Shown here one piece after another: positions 40,717 to 50,291 of a stretch of 64,000 nt of DNA. The position numbers and the translations under genes are program-made. Source of the DNA: Candidatus Aminicenantes bacterium JdFR-78 (GTDB lineage Bacteria; Acidobacteriota; Aminicenantia; JdFR-78); assembly GCA_002010665.1 (NCBI GenBank), contig MTON01000027.1, positions 22,780 through 86,779 on the forward strand, written 5' to 3'. The notes beneath the pieces are model-generated. The model had not been told where the DNA came from. It did not search any database and was given only the letters and a program-made list of their open reading frames with translations. The first letter of the stretch is position 1, and each line of letters starts with the position of its first letter.

Positions 40717-42315
40717 TCATAACTCAAATATGTGTTTTCCTTCTCCGTAAACTAACATTTTATAAGTCTTCTCAATTCTATCCCAGTTTTCCTCTCTATC
40801 AAGAGCCCAGTATCTTCCAATAACTGAAACCACTTTTCCAACACCGAGTTTTTTTACCTCATTTTCAACCTTTTCTATATAAATTGCTCCACTCTCTGGT
40901 CTTTCGCCTCTTCTCCCAAGAAAGGAGTGAATATAAACATTTTTAAGATTTAAATTCTTAACCATCTTTAATAATGCAAAAAGATGTTTTATTGTTCCAT
41001 GTGAACTGTAAAAAGATACAATTCCCATTAGATGCAGGGATTTATTGCTGTCTCTTGCCTTATTCATTGCCCGTAGCAGAGTCTTGTTCTGGAAGAAAGA
41101 ACCATCCTCAATTGCTTTATCAATTCTCAATCTATCTGAATAAATTATTCTTCCTGCTCCGAGATGCAGATGTCCTGCTTCTGAATTTCCAACAGTTCCA
41201 GCAGGCATTCCTACCGATTCTCCTGATGCATTCAATTTCGTAGAAGGATAATTCTTCCAAAAATAATCAAAATTGGGGGTATTTGCTTTTGCAATCATAT
41301 TCCCGTGCTTTTCCTCTCTCAGTCCCCAGCCATCAAGAATTAAGAGCAAGATCCTGTTTCTTTTTTTTAAAATAGGCGAATTATTTAATATGAGATTTTT
41401 TCCGGTCATTGATTCAGGTTTTGGAATGTTAAAAAGTGATAATATTGTAGGTGCAACATCTATTAAATTTCCTTCTCTCTCTAAAATAATTTCTTCCTTT
41501 GAGTCATACAAAGGATCAATTAGAATAAAAGGAACTGGATTTTTAGTGTGACCTGTATTTATTGTTCCTTCAGGATAAAGCCATTCCTCCACTGTTCCAT
41601 GATCCGCAGTAACAATAACAGTTATTCCTGAATTCAGTGCTTCTTTTACAACTTTTCCCATATAAAAATCAACAGCCTCCACTGCTTTTTGGACTGCTTT
41701 TTCGTCCTCAATGTGTCCAACTACATCAACATTTGCAAAATTTACAAGAAAGAAGTCATACTTTTTATCTTTTAACTGTGCTATAGCTGTTTTACTCACT
41801 TTCTCGATGCTCATCTCAGGTTTTTCATTATAATTCTTAATATTCGATGGTGATGGTATGACAATTGTGTTTTCTCCTGGAAAAGCTTTAATCCTTTTTC
41901 CATTAAAAAAATAACTTACATGAATGGCTTTTTCTGATTCTGAAATTTTAACCTGGTTTATCCCATGTTTGCTTAAGACTTCACTTAATGTATCTTTTGT
42001 TTCTCCAAGTGGTGGAAAAGCGACCTTTGTTTTTAAATCCGGATGATATTCAATCATTGTGACCAAATTTATTTCCAAATCCTTTTCTACTGGAAAGTGA
42101 TTAAAATTTTTATCAATTAAACTCTGTGATAATTCTATTTCTCTCTCTCCTCTGATGTCATAGAAAATTACATAATCACCATTTTTTAATCTTCCAATTG
42201 GATTTCCTTTCTTATCTGTGAGAACTATTGGCTCAAGAGTCTCGTCTTCTTGACCAGATTTATAGGCATCCCTTATAGCCTGCGCCATAGGTGAAAATAA
42301 TCTATTTTCTTTCAT
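40717..42315 (-). CDS. gpmI: 2,3-bisphosphoglycerate-independent phosphoglycerate mutase
   Basis: About 530 aa. Metal-binding 'ADHGT', 'DVVGH', 'SEAGHLH', Ser-phosphotransfer 'GNSEAGH'. Confidence 0.85.
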   Translation of the reverse strand: MKENRLFSPMAQAIRDAYKSGQEDETLEPIVLTDKKGNPIGRLKNGDYVIFYDIRGEREIELSQSLIDKNFNHFPVEKDLEINLVTMIEYHPDLKTKVAFPPLGETKDTLSEVLSKHGINQVKISESEKAIHVSYFFNGKRIKAFPGENTIVIPSPSNIKNYNEKPEMSIEKVSKTAIAQLKDKKYDFFLVNFANVDVVGHIEDEKAVQKAVEAVDFYMGKVVKEALNSGITVIVTADHGTVEEWLYPEGTINTGHTKNPVPFILIDPLYDSKEEIILEREGNLIDVAPTILSLFNIPKPESMTGKNLILNNSPILKKRNRILLLILDGWGLREEKHGNMIAKANTPNFDYFWKNYPSTKLNASGESVGMPAGTVGNSEAGHLHLGAGRIIYSDRLRIDKAIEDGSFFQNKTLLRAMNKARDSNKSLHLMGIVSFYSSHGTIKHLFALLKMVKNLNLKNVYIHSFLGRRGERPESGAIYIEKVENEVKKLGVGKVVSVIGRYWALDREENWDRIEKTYKMLVYGEGKHIFEL

Positions 42316-42357
42316 GAATCTATTAATATAAATTTACTTCGAGCAAGTGTCAATCGA

Positions 42358-43533
42358 TTAATGTTTTTTTGGTTCAGGTGCTTTTAGAGTGAAAACTGAT
42401 GCTACAAGGAATAATAAAATACTTGCAATAATGTACATTATTTTAAATCCATATGTGTCTGATATCTTTCCAAAAAGTGGAGAGCCAATTCCTATTCCTA
42501 TATCAAAAAGAGTCAGATAGAGGCTTATTGCAAGACCTTTATTTTCATGTCCGAGAAAATCTATTATATATGTGCTTAATGCAGGAAAAAGCAATCCCTG
42601 TCCAAACCCACCTATAAGACCAGTTAAAATTATCATGTATAGATTATTAATTTGGGTTATCAAAAGTAGATTTAATGAAATGATGATTACTGCAGGAAAA
42701 ATCACTCTTTTTCTTCCGTAGCGGTCTGATATGCCTCCTATGCCAAGACGAGTTAAAACAGCGGCTATTGAAAAAGCCACAAAGAAGGGGCCCACTCTCT
42801 GCAAATTTAATGATTTAATGAAAAGTGAAATAAAATAAACAATTGTTCCCCTTACTGCTCCGTGAACAAGAGGTAGAGCACAGATTATAATGAAAATTAT
42901 TTTATTTATTTCAATAATCTTCATTGGATTCTTTCCTGAACTTTTATTTTGATTGGAGAAAAAATTAAGCGGTTCTGGAATAAGATAGATGCAAAGAAAT
43001 GAAGCTAAGACAAAAATAATGCATGTAATAAATAGAGCATTAAAACCAAATTCCCTAATAATTTCTTCTCCAATGAATGGTCCAAGAGCCTGAGAGGTTA
43101 AACCTCCTATTCCAATTATTCCCATAGAATGAGCAAGTCTTTCTGCTGGAGCCAAATCAGAGCATAGGGTCATGGTTGCTGTCATGCTTATTCCCCAGCC
43201 AATGCCCGTAAGTGCTCGAAGTAATAGAGGTAACCAGCCAGCGTCTTTAACAAACAGGAAGAAAGGAAAAATTAAGATTAAAATTATAATCCCTAGAAGA
43301 GAAATCTTTTTCCTCCCATGTATATCTATCAAACGACCAAAAAGTGGTCGCACAAAAATCACAACAAGACTGTTTATCCCCATTATCAGTCCAATTTGAC
43401 TTTCAGAAGCACCAAATCTCTTTAAAAATAACGGAAACAGGAAAAACAGAGAAACAGTCATAAACAGGAAAAAATAACCGATAAAGGCTATTATAAAATT
43501 TTTATTCCAGATGCTTTTGGGTTGTGAGTACAT
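42358..43533 (-). CDS. MFS transporter
   Basis: 12 predicted TMs, 'GRLIDIHGRKK' and 'SDRYGRKR' MFS loop 2-3 / 8-9 motifs. Confidence 0.8.
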   Translation of the reverse strand: MYSQPKSIWNKNFIIAFIGYFFLFMTVSLFFLFPLFLKRFGASESQIGLIMGINSLVVIFVRPLFGRLIDIHGRKKISLLGIIILILIFPFFLFVKDAGWLPLLLRALTGIGWGISMTATMTLCSDLAPAERLAHSMGIIGIGGLTSQALGPFIGEEIIREFGFNALFITCIIFVLASFLCIYLIPEPLNFFSNQNKSSGKNPMKIIEINKIIFIIICALPLVHGAVRGTIVYFISLFIKSLNLQRVGPFFVAFSIAAVLTRLGIGGISDRYGRKRVIFPAVIIISLNLLLITQINNLYMIILTGLIGGFGQGLLFPALSTYIIDFLGHENKGLAISLYLTLFDIGIGIGSPLFGKISDTYGFKIMYIIASILLFLVASVFTLKAPEPKKH

Positions 43534-43661
43534 GAAAAACTGCTCCAGATTGAAAGATGAGAAGTAAGAGAGATAATTTTTTGATGAAAGCTAAATGAAA
43601 AAAGGAACATATATTAATATATCTCGTTTTACTGTTTTAGTAAAGATTTGTGTGGAATTTT

Positions 43662-44447
43662 TTAAACGATTGTTATCCAGTCAACTTTTGCTCTTTTCCA
43701 GTCCTGAATAATAATATTTCTCTCAAGGAAAAATTTTCTTATTTCCTGAATACTAAAATCCAATATATCTTCCATTATAGGTATTAGAAATGCTAATGCA
43801 TCATCGCTTATAACTGATCTCTTTGCAATATGACCGAGATAGTCAGATTTTGAGGCAGCTATTGGATAGCCATCAAGAGTGCGAAGATGAAGCATGACAT
43901 TTACATCAGAGACACCATCTCCTACATATAAGATTCTGTCATAAGGTATTTTTTCTTTTTCATGGAGTATATCAATCGTTCTTACTTTACCATATCCTGC
44001 ATTTACATTTTTAATTCCCTGCACAATTCCTCTTTCATCAAAGTTGAACTCTGTCCCGTATATATATTTCTCATTAACCATGCCTCCTAATGCTGATACA
44101 ATCATTTCCCTTGGTGCAGCTGAATTAATATAAAATTTAAATTTTGCATTTCCGATTCCCTCTTCTAGTATTGACACAAGCTCCTTAATATGATTTTTAA
44201 GTGTTATTTTCTTTCCAATCTTTATGAAATCCTCTCTTTTTATTTTTCCTTTATAATCTGGGTCATATTCTATTAAGTAAGATAATTCTGCTCCCTGCTG
44301 GACAAAATATTTATTTGCTATGGAATTTACTTTTTTTTCAAATTCTTCCCTTGAAATTCCAATCAACTCGCTTAATAAAACACCTCCATCGTCCAGACTT
44401 AATGTTCTATCAAAGTCAGAAACAAAGAGATATGTAGTCTTACTCAT
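43662..44447 (-). CDS. HAD-superfamily hydrolase (HAD-IB / phosphoserine-phosphatase-like)
   Basis: Motif I 'FVSDFDRTLS', motif IV 'YVGDGVSD'. Confidence 0.55.
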   Translation of the reverse strand: MSKTTYLFVSDFDRTLSLDDGGVLLSELIGISREEFEKKVNSIANKYFVQQGAELSYLIEYDPDYKGKIKREDFIKIGKKITLKNHIKELVSILEEGIGNAKFKFYINSAAPREMIVSALGGMVNEKYIYGTEFNFDERGIVQGIKNVNAGYGKVRTIDILHEKEKIPYDRILYVGDGVSDVNVMLHLRTLDGYPIAASKSDYLGHIAKRSVISDDALAFLIPIMEDILDFSIQEIRKFFLERNIIIQDWKRAKVDWITIV

Positions 44448-44499
44448 TTTAAAGCCTATTATACCTCAAAAAAGAATTTTTGATAAACTATATAATTTT

Positions 44500-45927
44500 T
44501 TATTCTTTTGGCAGAGGCAGTTCAATCACTTCTCCCATGTTGAGAGCTTTCAGTTGTTCTTCAATTTCTGACTTTTTTCCCACAACAAGTATCACCAGCT
44601 CCTCAGGATGAATTGTTCTCTTAGCCATTTCAAGGACTTTTTTCTTATCCACTTTAAGTATTCTGGGGATATAAGTTTCAAGATAGTTATCAGGAAAACC
44701 CTGAAGTTTAAGAGATAAGAATTCATTCAAGAGAGAAATTGCTGAATCAAATCTATGGACAAAGGAATTCTGCTCATATTTTTTTGCTACCTTAAGTTCT
44801 TCCGAAGTTACGGGATTTTTTATTATATCATTCATTATCTCCAGCATTGTGGAAATAGCCTCTCCCACAGTTTGGTTTTTTGTCATACAGAAATTGAAGA
44901 ATAGACCTCGATTCCTTCCACTCCCAACTATTCCAAATGTTGTATAAGCAAGACCTTTATGAGACCTTACCTCTCTCATCAATCTTGAATTAAATCCCCC
45001 GGTTCCGTAGATGTAGTTTAAAACATTTATTTCAACATTGTCAGGGTCAAGTCTGTTTATTCCAAGGTGTCCCATACATATTACAGCCTGGGTCATATCC
45101 TCTTTATTGATAAGATAAATTCCGGGTTTTGCTGCAAGTTTGGCTTTTGGAAGTTCTAATTTCTCGGGTGTTTTCCCTTTCCAATTTTTAAAACCGGCTT
45201 TTAAAATACGAAGGATATTTTCTAATTCGAAATCTCCAGCAATAGCTATTGTTAATTCAAGGTCCCTTATGTTTTCATAATAGAATTTTTTCACATCTTC
45301 GAGTGTAATCCTATTAATACTCTCAGTTGTGGTTCTTCTAGCATCAGGAAAATCTTTTCCATAGATAAGTTCAGTGAAGAGAATCATTCCTGTTCTCATC
45401 GGATTATCCCATCTTCTTCTAATTGACTCAAGCTCCCTCTTTTTCTCCATGTCAAATCTTTCTTCGTCAAAAACAGGGTTAACAATAATATCCATCAGGA
45501 TTTTCCAGGTTTCTATAAAATTCTTTTTTAAACACCACATTCTTATCATTGAAAATTCAGTTCCTGAACTTACCGATATAGATGAACCAAGAAAATCTAA
45601 TCTTTCCTCGAGTTTTCCCGGAGGAAAATTCTTAGTTCCACCGCTCTTCATCAGTCTGAACGTTATTGATGAAAGTCCTTCTTTTCCCTCTGGATCCAGC
45701 AGGCTTCCAACTTTAAAGAATAAGAACATGTTGATTACTGGGTTTTCCCTATCAACTTTATAATAGAGGTCAATCCCTTTTTTGATTTTGGTAAAATCTG
45801 GTTTAATAGGTTTAAATTCAAGATCCTTAAATTTAAGCTTTTTTGGGTCTTTTTGGGCTGAAGAAGGAATTGCTATTAAAATTGAAAATATTAAAAACAG
45901 GATTAAAAGTTTTAATTTTCTCCTCAT
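44500..45927 (-). CDS. M16-family peptidase subunit without HxxEH (non-catalytic partner)
   Basis: Signal peptide, M16 two-domain architecture, zinc motif absent. Adjacent to catalytic partner. Confidence 0.65.
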   Translation of the reverse strand: MRRKLKLLILFLIFSILIAIPSSAQKDPKKLKFKDLEFKPIKPDFTKIKKGIDLYYKVDRENPVINMFLFFKVGSLLDPEGKEGLSSITFRLMKSGGTKNFPPGKLEERLDFLGSSISVSSGTEFSMIRMWCLKKNFIETWKILMDIIVNPVFDEERFDMEKKRELESIRRRWDNPMRTGMILFTELIYGKDFPDARRTTTESINRITLEDVKKFYYENIRDLELTIAIAGDFELENILRILKAGFKNWKGKTPEKLELPKAKLAAKPGIYLINKEDMTQAVICMGHLGINRLDPDNVEINVLNYIYGTGGFNSRLMREVRSHKGLAYTTFGIVGSGRNRGLFFNFCMTKNQTVGEAISTMLEIMNDIIKNPVTSEELKVAKKYEQNSFVHRFDSAISLLNEFLSLKLQGFPDNYLETYIPRILKVDKKKVLEMAKRTIHPEELVILVVGKKSEIEEQLKALNMGEVIELPLPKE

Positions 45928-45946
45928 TTTTACCTCTCCTAAAAAT

Positions 45947-47440
45947 TTATTTAGCTTTTTCTTTTCTCAGTAAGACACCGACTGTTCTATTGCTTTCAGT
46001 AAAATATTTTCTTGCAACATTCATTATGTCCTGAGGCGTAATTTTCTTCATTTCAGAAACTCTCTTGAAATCAGCATCTAAATCATTGAATAATAGAACA
46101 TTTCGAAGAATTCTCATAGCTAAAAATACATTTTCTGCAAAGCCAAAAGACCTGTAAAGAGATGCTTCAGCCTGATTTATTGCTTTTTCAATTTCCTCCT
46201 TTGAAACAGGTTCTTTTTTTAATTTTTCAAGATGCTCATAAACGGCTTTTTCAAGTTCTTCTGGAGTGTGAGGATGTCTTGGCTGACAGTAAATTGTAAA
46301 TAAAGAAGGGTATCTCACTCCAGGGTCATTTATAGAAGTATAGACAGTAAGTGCCATCTTTCTGTCTATTACAAGGTCCCTTCTTAAGCGGGATGAATCT
46401 CCTCTGCTAAGAATATAACTTATGAGTTCAAGAACAATATTATCTCTTTTAAACCATGAAGGAATATGATAGCCTATTAGTAAGCGAGGTTCTGCATCAA
46501 ATTTAACAATCACTCTTCTTTCTCCCTTTTGGTGAGGTTCTATAAAATGTGGTCTTGGAGGTTCAGGTCCAGCAGGGATATCTCCGAAATACTCCTCTGC
46601 AAGTTTTTTCACTTCTTCAAAATTGACATCACCCACAATGGCTGCAACCATATTATTTGGGATGTAGTATGTTTTATAAAAATTTAATGCTTTCTTTTTT
46701 GTTAAAGTAAGGAGGTCCTCTAAATATCCGACAACTGGATGACGATACGGATGAAGAATAAAAGCAACATGGTAAAATTCCTCTTGAAGAAAACCATCAG
46801 GATTATTGTCCTCGTACATTCTCCTTTCCTCACATACAACATCTCTTTCCGAGTAAAATTCTCTTAAAGCAGGATATTTAAATCTTTCAGATTCAATGAG
46901 GAACCAGAGTTCAAGTCTATTAGATGGAAGCATTACAAAATATTGAGTTGTGTCATTCCCGGTGCTTGCATTTAAGAATTCTCCTCCATTTTCAGAATAA
47001 ATCTTGTCAATCTCATCTTTTACAACATATTTCCTGTGTTTATTCTGTAATTCAGCTAATTTTTTTCTCAAAATTTCAATTTTTTTCGAATCAGCTTCCT
47101 CTCCCTTAGCGTATTCCGCGGCAAGTTCATTTCCAATCTTGTCCATTTCTTTAAGAATTATTTTTTCTTTTTCCCAGTCCTTTGAGCCAATTACTGGAGT
47201 TCCTTTAAATGCCATATGTTCAAAGAAGTGTGCTATGCCTGTCTCTCCCTTTTTCTCATCAACACTTCCAACTTTAACCATTATCATTCCAGCAAAAGTT
47301 GGAACCTGATGTCTTTCCAGCACAAAAAATCTCATCCCATTTGAGAGAGTGAAACTTTTAACCCTTTTTGAGAATTCTTGCCCTAAAATGAAAGGAGAAA
47401 TAATCAGAATAAGAATTAGTAAATAAACAATTTTTTTCAT
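45947..47440 (-). CDS. M16-family zinc peptidase, catalytic subunit
   Basis: Signal peptide, 'HFFEHMAFKGT' inverted zincin motif. Confidence 0.8.
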   Translation of the reverse strand: MKKIVYLLILILIISPFILGQEFSKRVKSFTLSNGMRFFVLERHQVPTFAGMIMVKVGSVDEKKGETGIAHFFEHMAFKGTPVIGSKDWEKEKIILKEMDKIGNELAAEYAKGEEADSKKIEILRKKLAELQNKHRKYVVKDEIDKIYSENGGEFLNASTGNDTTQYFVMLPSNRLELWFLIESERFKYPALREFYSERDVVCEERRMYEDNNPDGFLQEEFYHVAFILHPYRHPVVGYLEDLLTLTKKKALNFYKTYYIPNNMVAAIVGDVNFEEVKKLAEEYFGDIPAGPEPPRPHFIEPHQKGERRVIVKFDAEPRLLIGYHIPSWFKRDNIVLELISYILSRGDSSRLRRDLVIDRKMALTVYTSINDPGVRYPSLFTIYCQPRHPHTPEELEKAVYEHLEKLKKEPVSKEEIEKAINQAEASLYRSFGFAENVFLAMRILRNVLLFNDLDADFKRVSEMKKITPQDIMNVARKYFTESNRTVGVLLRKEKAK

Positions 47441-47545
47441 ATAATCTCCTCCTATGTTAATTGACTTTATTGTCTTCTGATAGAAGTTATTTTATTTTTT
47501 GTCTTTTCAATTGTCAAACACGTGTTTAATTTATGCATTTTTAAG

Positions 47546-47574
47546 TTGACTCTTTTTATTATAATTAATATATT
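47546..47574 (+). promoter_or_regulatory. Sigma70-like promoter TTGACT-17-TATATT for the S9 peptidase gene
   Basis: TTGACT 47546-47551, 17 nt, TATATT 47569-47574. SD 'AAGGAGGAAAA' before the ATG at 47602. Confidence 0.4.
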
Positions 47575-47601
47575 GTTAGAGAAAATGTAAAGGAGGAAAA
47601 T

Positions 47602-49644
47602 ATGAGAAATAAAAGTTTTATCCTCACAGTAATTTTAAGTTTATTATTAATTTTACCTGCCTTTTCTGGTGAAAAGCATGCAATAACCTTTGATGATTTT
47701 ATTAAAATTAAAAGAATAGGTGATTCTCAACTGTCTCCTGATGGAAAATCAGTTGCTTTTGTAATAACAGAGATGAATAAAGAGGAGAATACAAGCAATA
47801 GTGATATCTGGCTTGCATCTATTGATGGAAAATTGCTTCGGAAGTTAACTTCTTCTCCAAAGGCGGATTACAGACCTCGATGGTCACCAGATGGCAAGAA
47901 AATCGCTTTTATATCCACACGCAGTGGTTCTCCGCAGATTTGGATGATTAATTTGAGAGGAGGTGAGGCATATCAAGTTACTGATGTTCCAACCGGAGTT
48001 TCAGGATTTATCTGGTCACCTGATGGTAAGTATCTGATTTATGCTTCAAAGGTCTATCCAGATTGTCCTGATGAAAAGTGCAATAAAGAGAGAGAAGAAA
48101 AGAAGAAAAAAAGTAAAGTAAAAGCGAAAATTTTTGATAGTTTGTTGTTCAGACACTGGGATGAATGGAGAGATGAGAAGAGAAGTCACCTGTTTTTGTA
48201 TTCAATAGATGAGAAAAAAGCAGTAGATTTAACCCCTGGTAATTATGATTGCCCTCCAATAGCTCTGGGAAGTGCTCATGATTACGATTTCTCTCCGGAT
48301 GAGAAGGAAGTATGCTTTGTGATGAATACAGATCCGGTGGTGGCAACCAGCACAAATAATGATTTATTTATTGTTTCTCTTGAGACAAAAGAAATTAAGA
48401 GGCTCACTGAAAATAAAGCTAACGATAATTCTCCTCATTATTCTCCTGATGGTAAATATATAGCCTATCGTGCTATGGAAAGACCTGGTTTTGAATCAGA
48501 TAAATATTCATTAATGATATATGATAGAGAAACCGGGAAGACAATTAATTTAACCGAGGATTTTGACCTTTCAATCGGAAATATTGTGTGGTCACCTGAC
48601 AGTAAATATATTTATTTCTCATGCCAGGAAAAAGCTCGTCGACCAATTTATCGGGTGTCCATAAAGAAAAAGAAAATTGAGAAAATTCTGGATGGAGTAA
48701 CAACCGGAAATTTCATGTTAACTCCTGATGGTAAGACCATTATTTTTGAGAGAGAGGCGATTAATTTACCTAAAGAGATATTTAAATATGATATTAAAAA
48801 GAAAAAAATAGAACAGATTACCAGAATAAATGAAGAGATTCTTTCAAAATTAGAGATGAATTCCCTCGAGGAATTCTGGTTCACTGGAGCAGATGGAGAT
48901 AAGGTCCATGGTCTTCTTCTTAAGCCTCCTTTCTTTGATCCTTCTAAGAAATATCCTTTAGTGATGCTAATACACGGAGGGCCTCAGGGAGCATGGGAAG
49001 ATGAATTTCACTATCGCTGGAACGCACAGATGTTTGCCTCCCCTGGATATGTGGTTGTAATGATAAATTTTCATGGAAGCACGGGTTACGGACAGGCTTT
49101 CACTGATAGTATTACAGGAGATTGGGGAGGAAAACCCTTTGAAGATTTAATGGCTGGATTAACATATGTCCTTGCAAATTACGATTTTATAGATCCGAAT
49201 TTAAAAGCTGCAGCTGGTGCGTCATATGGCGGATATATGATAAACTGGATAGAAGGTCATACGAATCGTTTTAAATGCTTGATTTCTCATGCAGGAGTTT
49301 TTGATTTAAGAAGCATGTATGGAGCAACAGAAGAATTGTGGTTCCCTGAATGGGAATTTAAAGGAACGCCATGGACAAATCCTGAAATGTATGAGAAATT
49401 TTCACCGAGCTATTATGTTCGGTATTTTAAGACTCCATGTCTTGTGATTCACGGTCAAAATGATTTCAGAGTTCCCGTCACTCAGGGTTTCCAGATGTTC
49501 ACCTCTCTTCAAAGGATGGGAGTTCCTTCAAAACTTGTTTATTTTCCTGATGAAACCCATTTCGTGCAAAAACCGCAGAATGCTGAGCTGTGGTGGAAAG
49601 TAGTTCATGAATGGCTGGCTAAATACTTAAAATCTGGAAAATAA
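47602..49644 (+). CDS. S9-family serine peptidase (acylaminoacyl-peptidase / prolyl oligopeptidase type) with N-terminal beta-propeller
   Basis: Signal peptide. Repeated 'SPDGK' propeller blades. C-terminal alpha/beta hydrolase with nucleophile elbow 'GASYGGYM', Asp and His downstream. Confidence 0.85.
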   Translation: MRNKSFILTVILSLLLILPAFSGEKHAITFDDFIKIKRIGDSQLSPDGKSVAFVITEMNKEENTSNSDIWLASIDGKLLRKLTSSPKADYRPRWSPDGKKIAFISTRSGSPQIWMINLRGGEAYQVTDVPTGVSGFIWSPDGKYLIYASKVYPDCPDEKCNKEREEKKKKSKVKAKIFDSLLFRHWDEWRDEKRSHLFLYSIDEKKAVDLTPGNYDCPPIALGSAHDYDFSPDEKEVCFVMNTDPVVATSTNNDLFIVSLETKEIKRLTENKANDNSPHYSPDGKYIAYRAMERPGFESDKYSLMIYDRETGKTINLTEDFDLSIGNIVWSPDSKYIYFSCQEKARRPIYRVSIKKKKIEKILDGVTTGNFMLTPDGKTIIFEREAINLPKEIFKYDIKKKKIEQITRINEEILSKLEMNSLEEFWFTGADGDKVHGLLLKPPFFDPSKKYPLVMLIHGGPQGAWEDEFHYRWNAQMFASPGYVVVMINFHGSTGYGQAFTDSITGDWGGKPFEDLMAGLTYVLANYDFIDPNLKAAAGASYGGYMINWIEGHTNRFKCLISHAGVFDLRSMYGATEELWFPEWEFKGTPWTNPEMYEKFSPSYYVRYFKTPCLVIHGQNDFRVPVTQGFQMFTSLQRMGVPSKLVYFPDETHFVQKPQNAELWWKVVHEWLAKYLKSGK

Positions 49645-49773
49645 TAATTTATTGAATTTATTGAGTTTGTTGAATTAACATTAGTAGAAAGTCAAAAGTC
49701 CTTAGTCAAAAGTCAACATTTTATAATTCATATTTTACAAGTAGAATAACGCTTTCCGATTTGTGAAAATTTT

Positions 49774-49802
49774 TTGACATCTTGTTTTAATCATAATATA
49801 TT
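49774..49802 (+). promoter_or_regulatory. Sigma70-like promoter TTGACA-17-TATATT for hicBA
   Basis: TTGACA 49774-49779, 17 nt, TATATT 49797-49802. SD 'AGCGAGGTGA' before the ATG at 49823. Direct repeat 'AGTCAAAAGTC' x2 about 90 nt upstream. Confidence 0.45.
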
Positions 49803-49822
49803 TTAGAAAGCGAGGTGATACT

Positions 49823-50026
49823 ATGAAGTTAAAAGTAATTATTCATGAAGCTGAAGAAGGGGGATATTGGGCTGAAGTGCCATCTATTCCTGGCTGTGCC
49901 ACTCAGGGTGAGACATTTGAAGAACTTCTTGCCAATATTTATGAAGCTGTAGAGGCATGTCTGTCCGTTGACATAAAAGATATAGAAATTACGGAAAAAG
50001 ATAGAGTTTTGGAGATTGTAGTGTGA
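49823..50026 (+). CDS. hicB: HicB-family antitoxin (UPF0150/DUF1902-like)
   Basis: 67 aa. '[31 protein letters not shown]' typical of the HicB N-domain. 4-nt overlap with hicA. Confidence 0.7.
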   Translation: MKLKVIIHEAEEGGYWAEVPSIPGCATQGETFEELLANIYEAVEACLSVDIKDIEITEKDRVLEIVV

Positions 50027-50229
50027 AAGCCATCTCTGGGAAAGAATTCGCTAAGCTACTCGAAAGGAAAGGCTGGGTATTAAAAAGAATAAAAGGAAGT
50101 CACCATATTTATATGAAGGAAGGAATTAATGTCCGAATTTCTGTTCCTATACACGGTAATAAGCCACTAAAGCTTGGTCTTCTTAAATACTTTATGAAAG
50201 TTGCTGGAATTGATGAAAGTGAATTGTGA
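50023..50229 (+). CDS. hicA: HicA-family mRNA interferase toxin
   Basis: 68 aa. 'KGSHHIY' and dsRBD-like fold signature of HicA/YcfA. Confidence 0.8.
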   Translation: MKAISGKEFAKLLERKGWVLKRIKGSHHIYMKEGINVRISVPIHGNKPLKLGLLKYFMKVAGIDESEL

Positions 50230-50291
50230 AATAAATTACATAAAAAATAGTTATCAATATTTTCATTTAAGGGAAAAACTGGATTAGAAAA

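Noticed and set aside
45374-46034. Plus-strand ORFs 45374-45763, 45782-45973 and 45843-46034 overlapping the M16 genes
   Set aside because: They lie within or across minus-strand peptidase genes that carry clear catalytic motifs. Their Leu/Ser/Phe-rich composition is typical of antisense translation of AT-rich DNA
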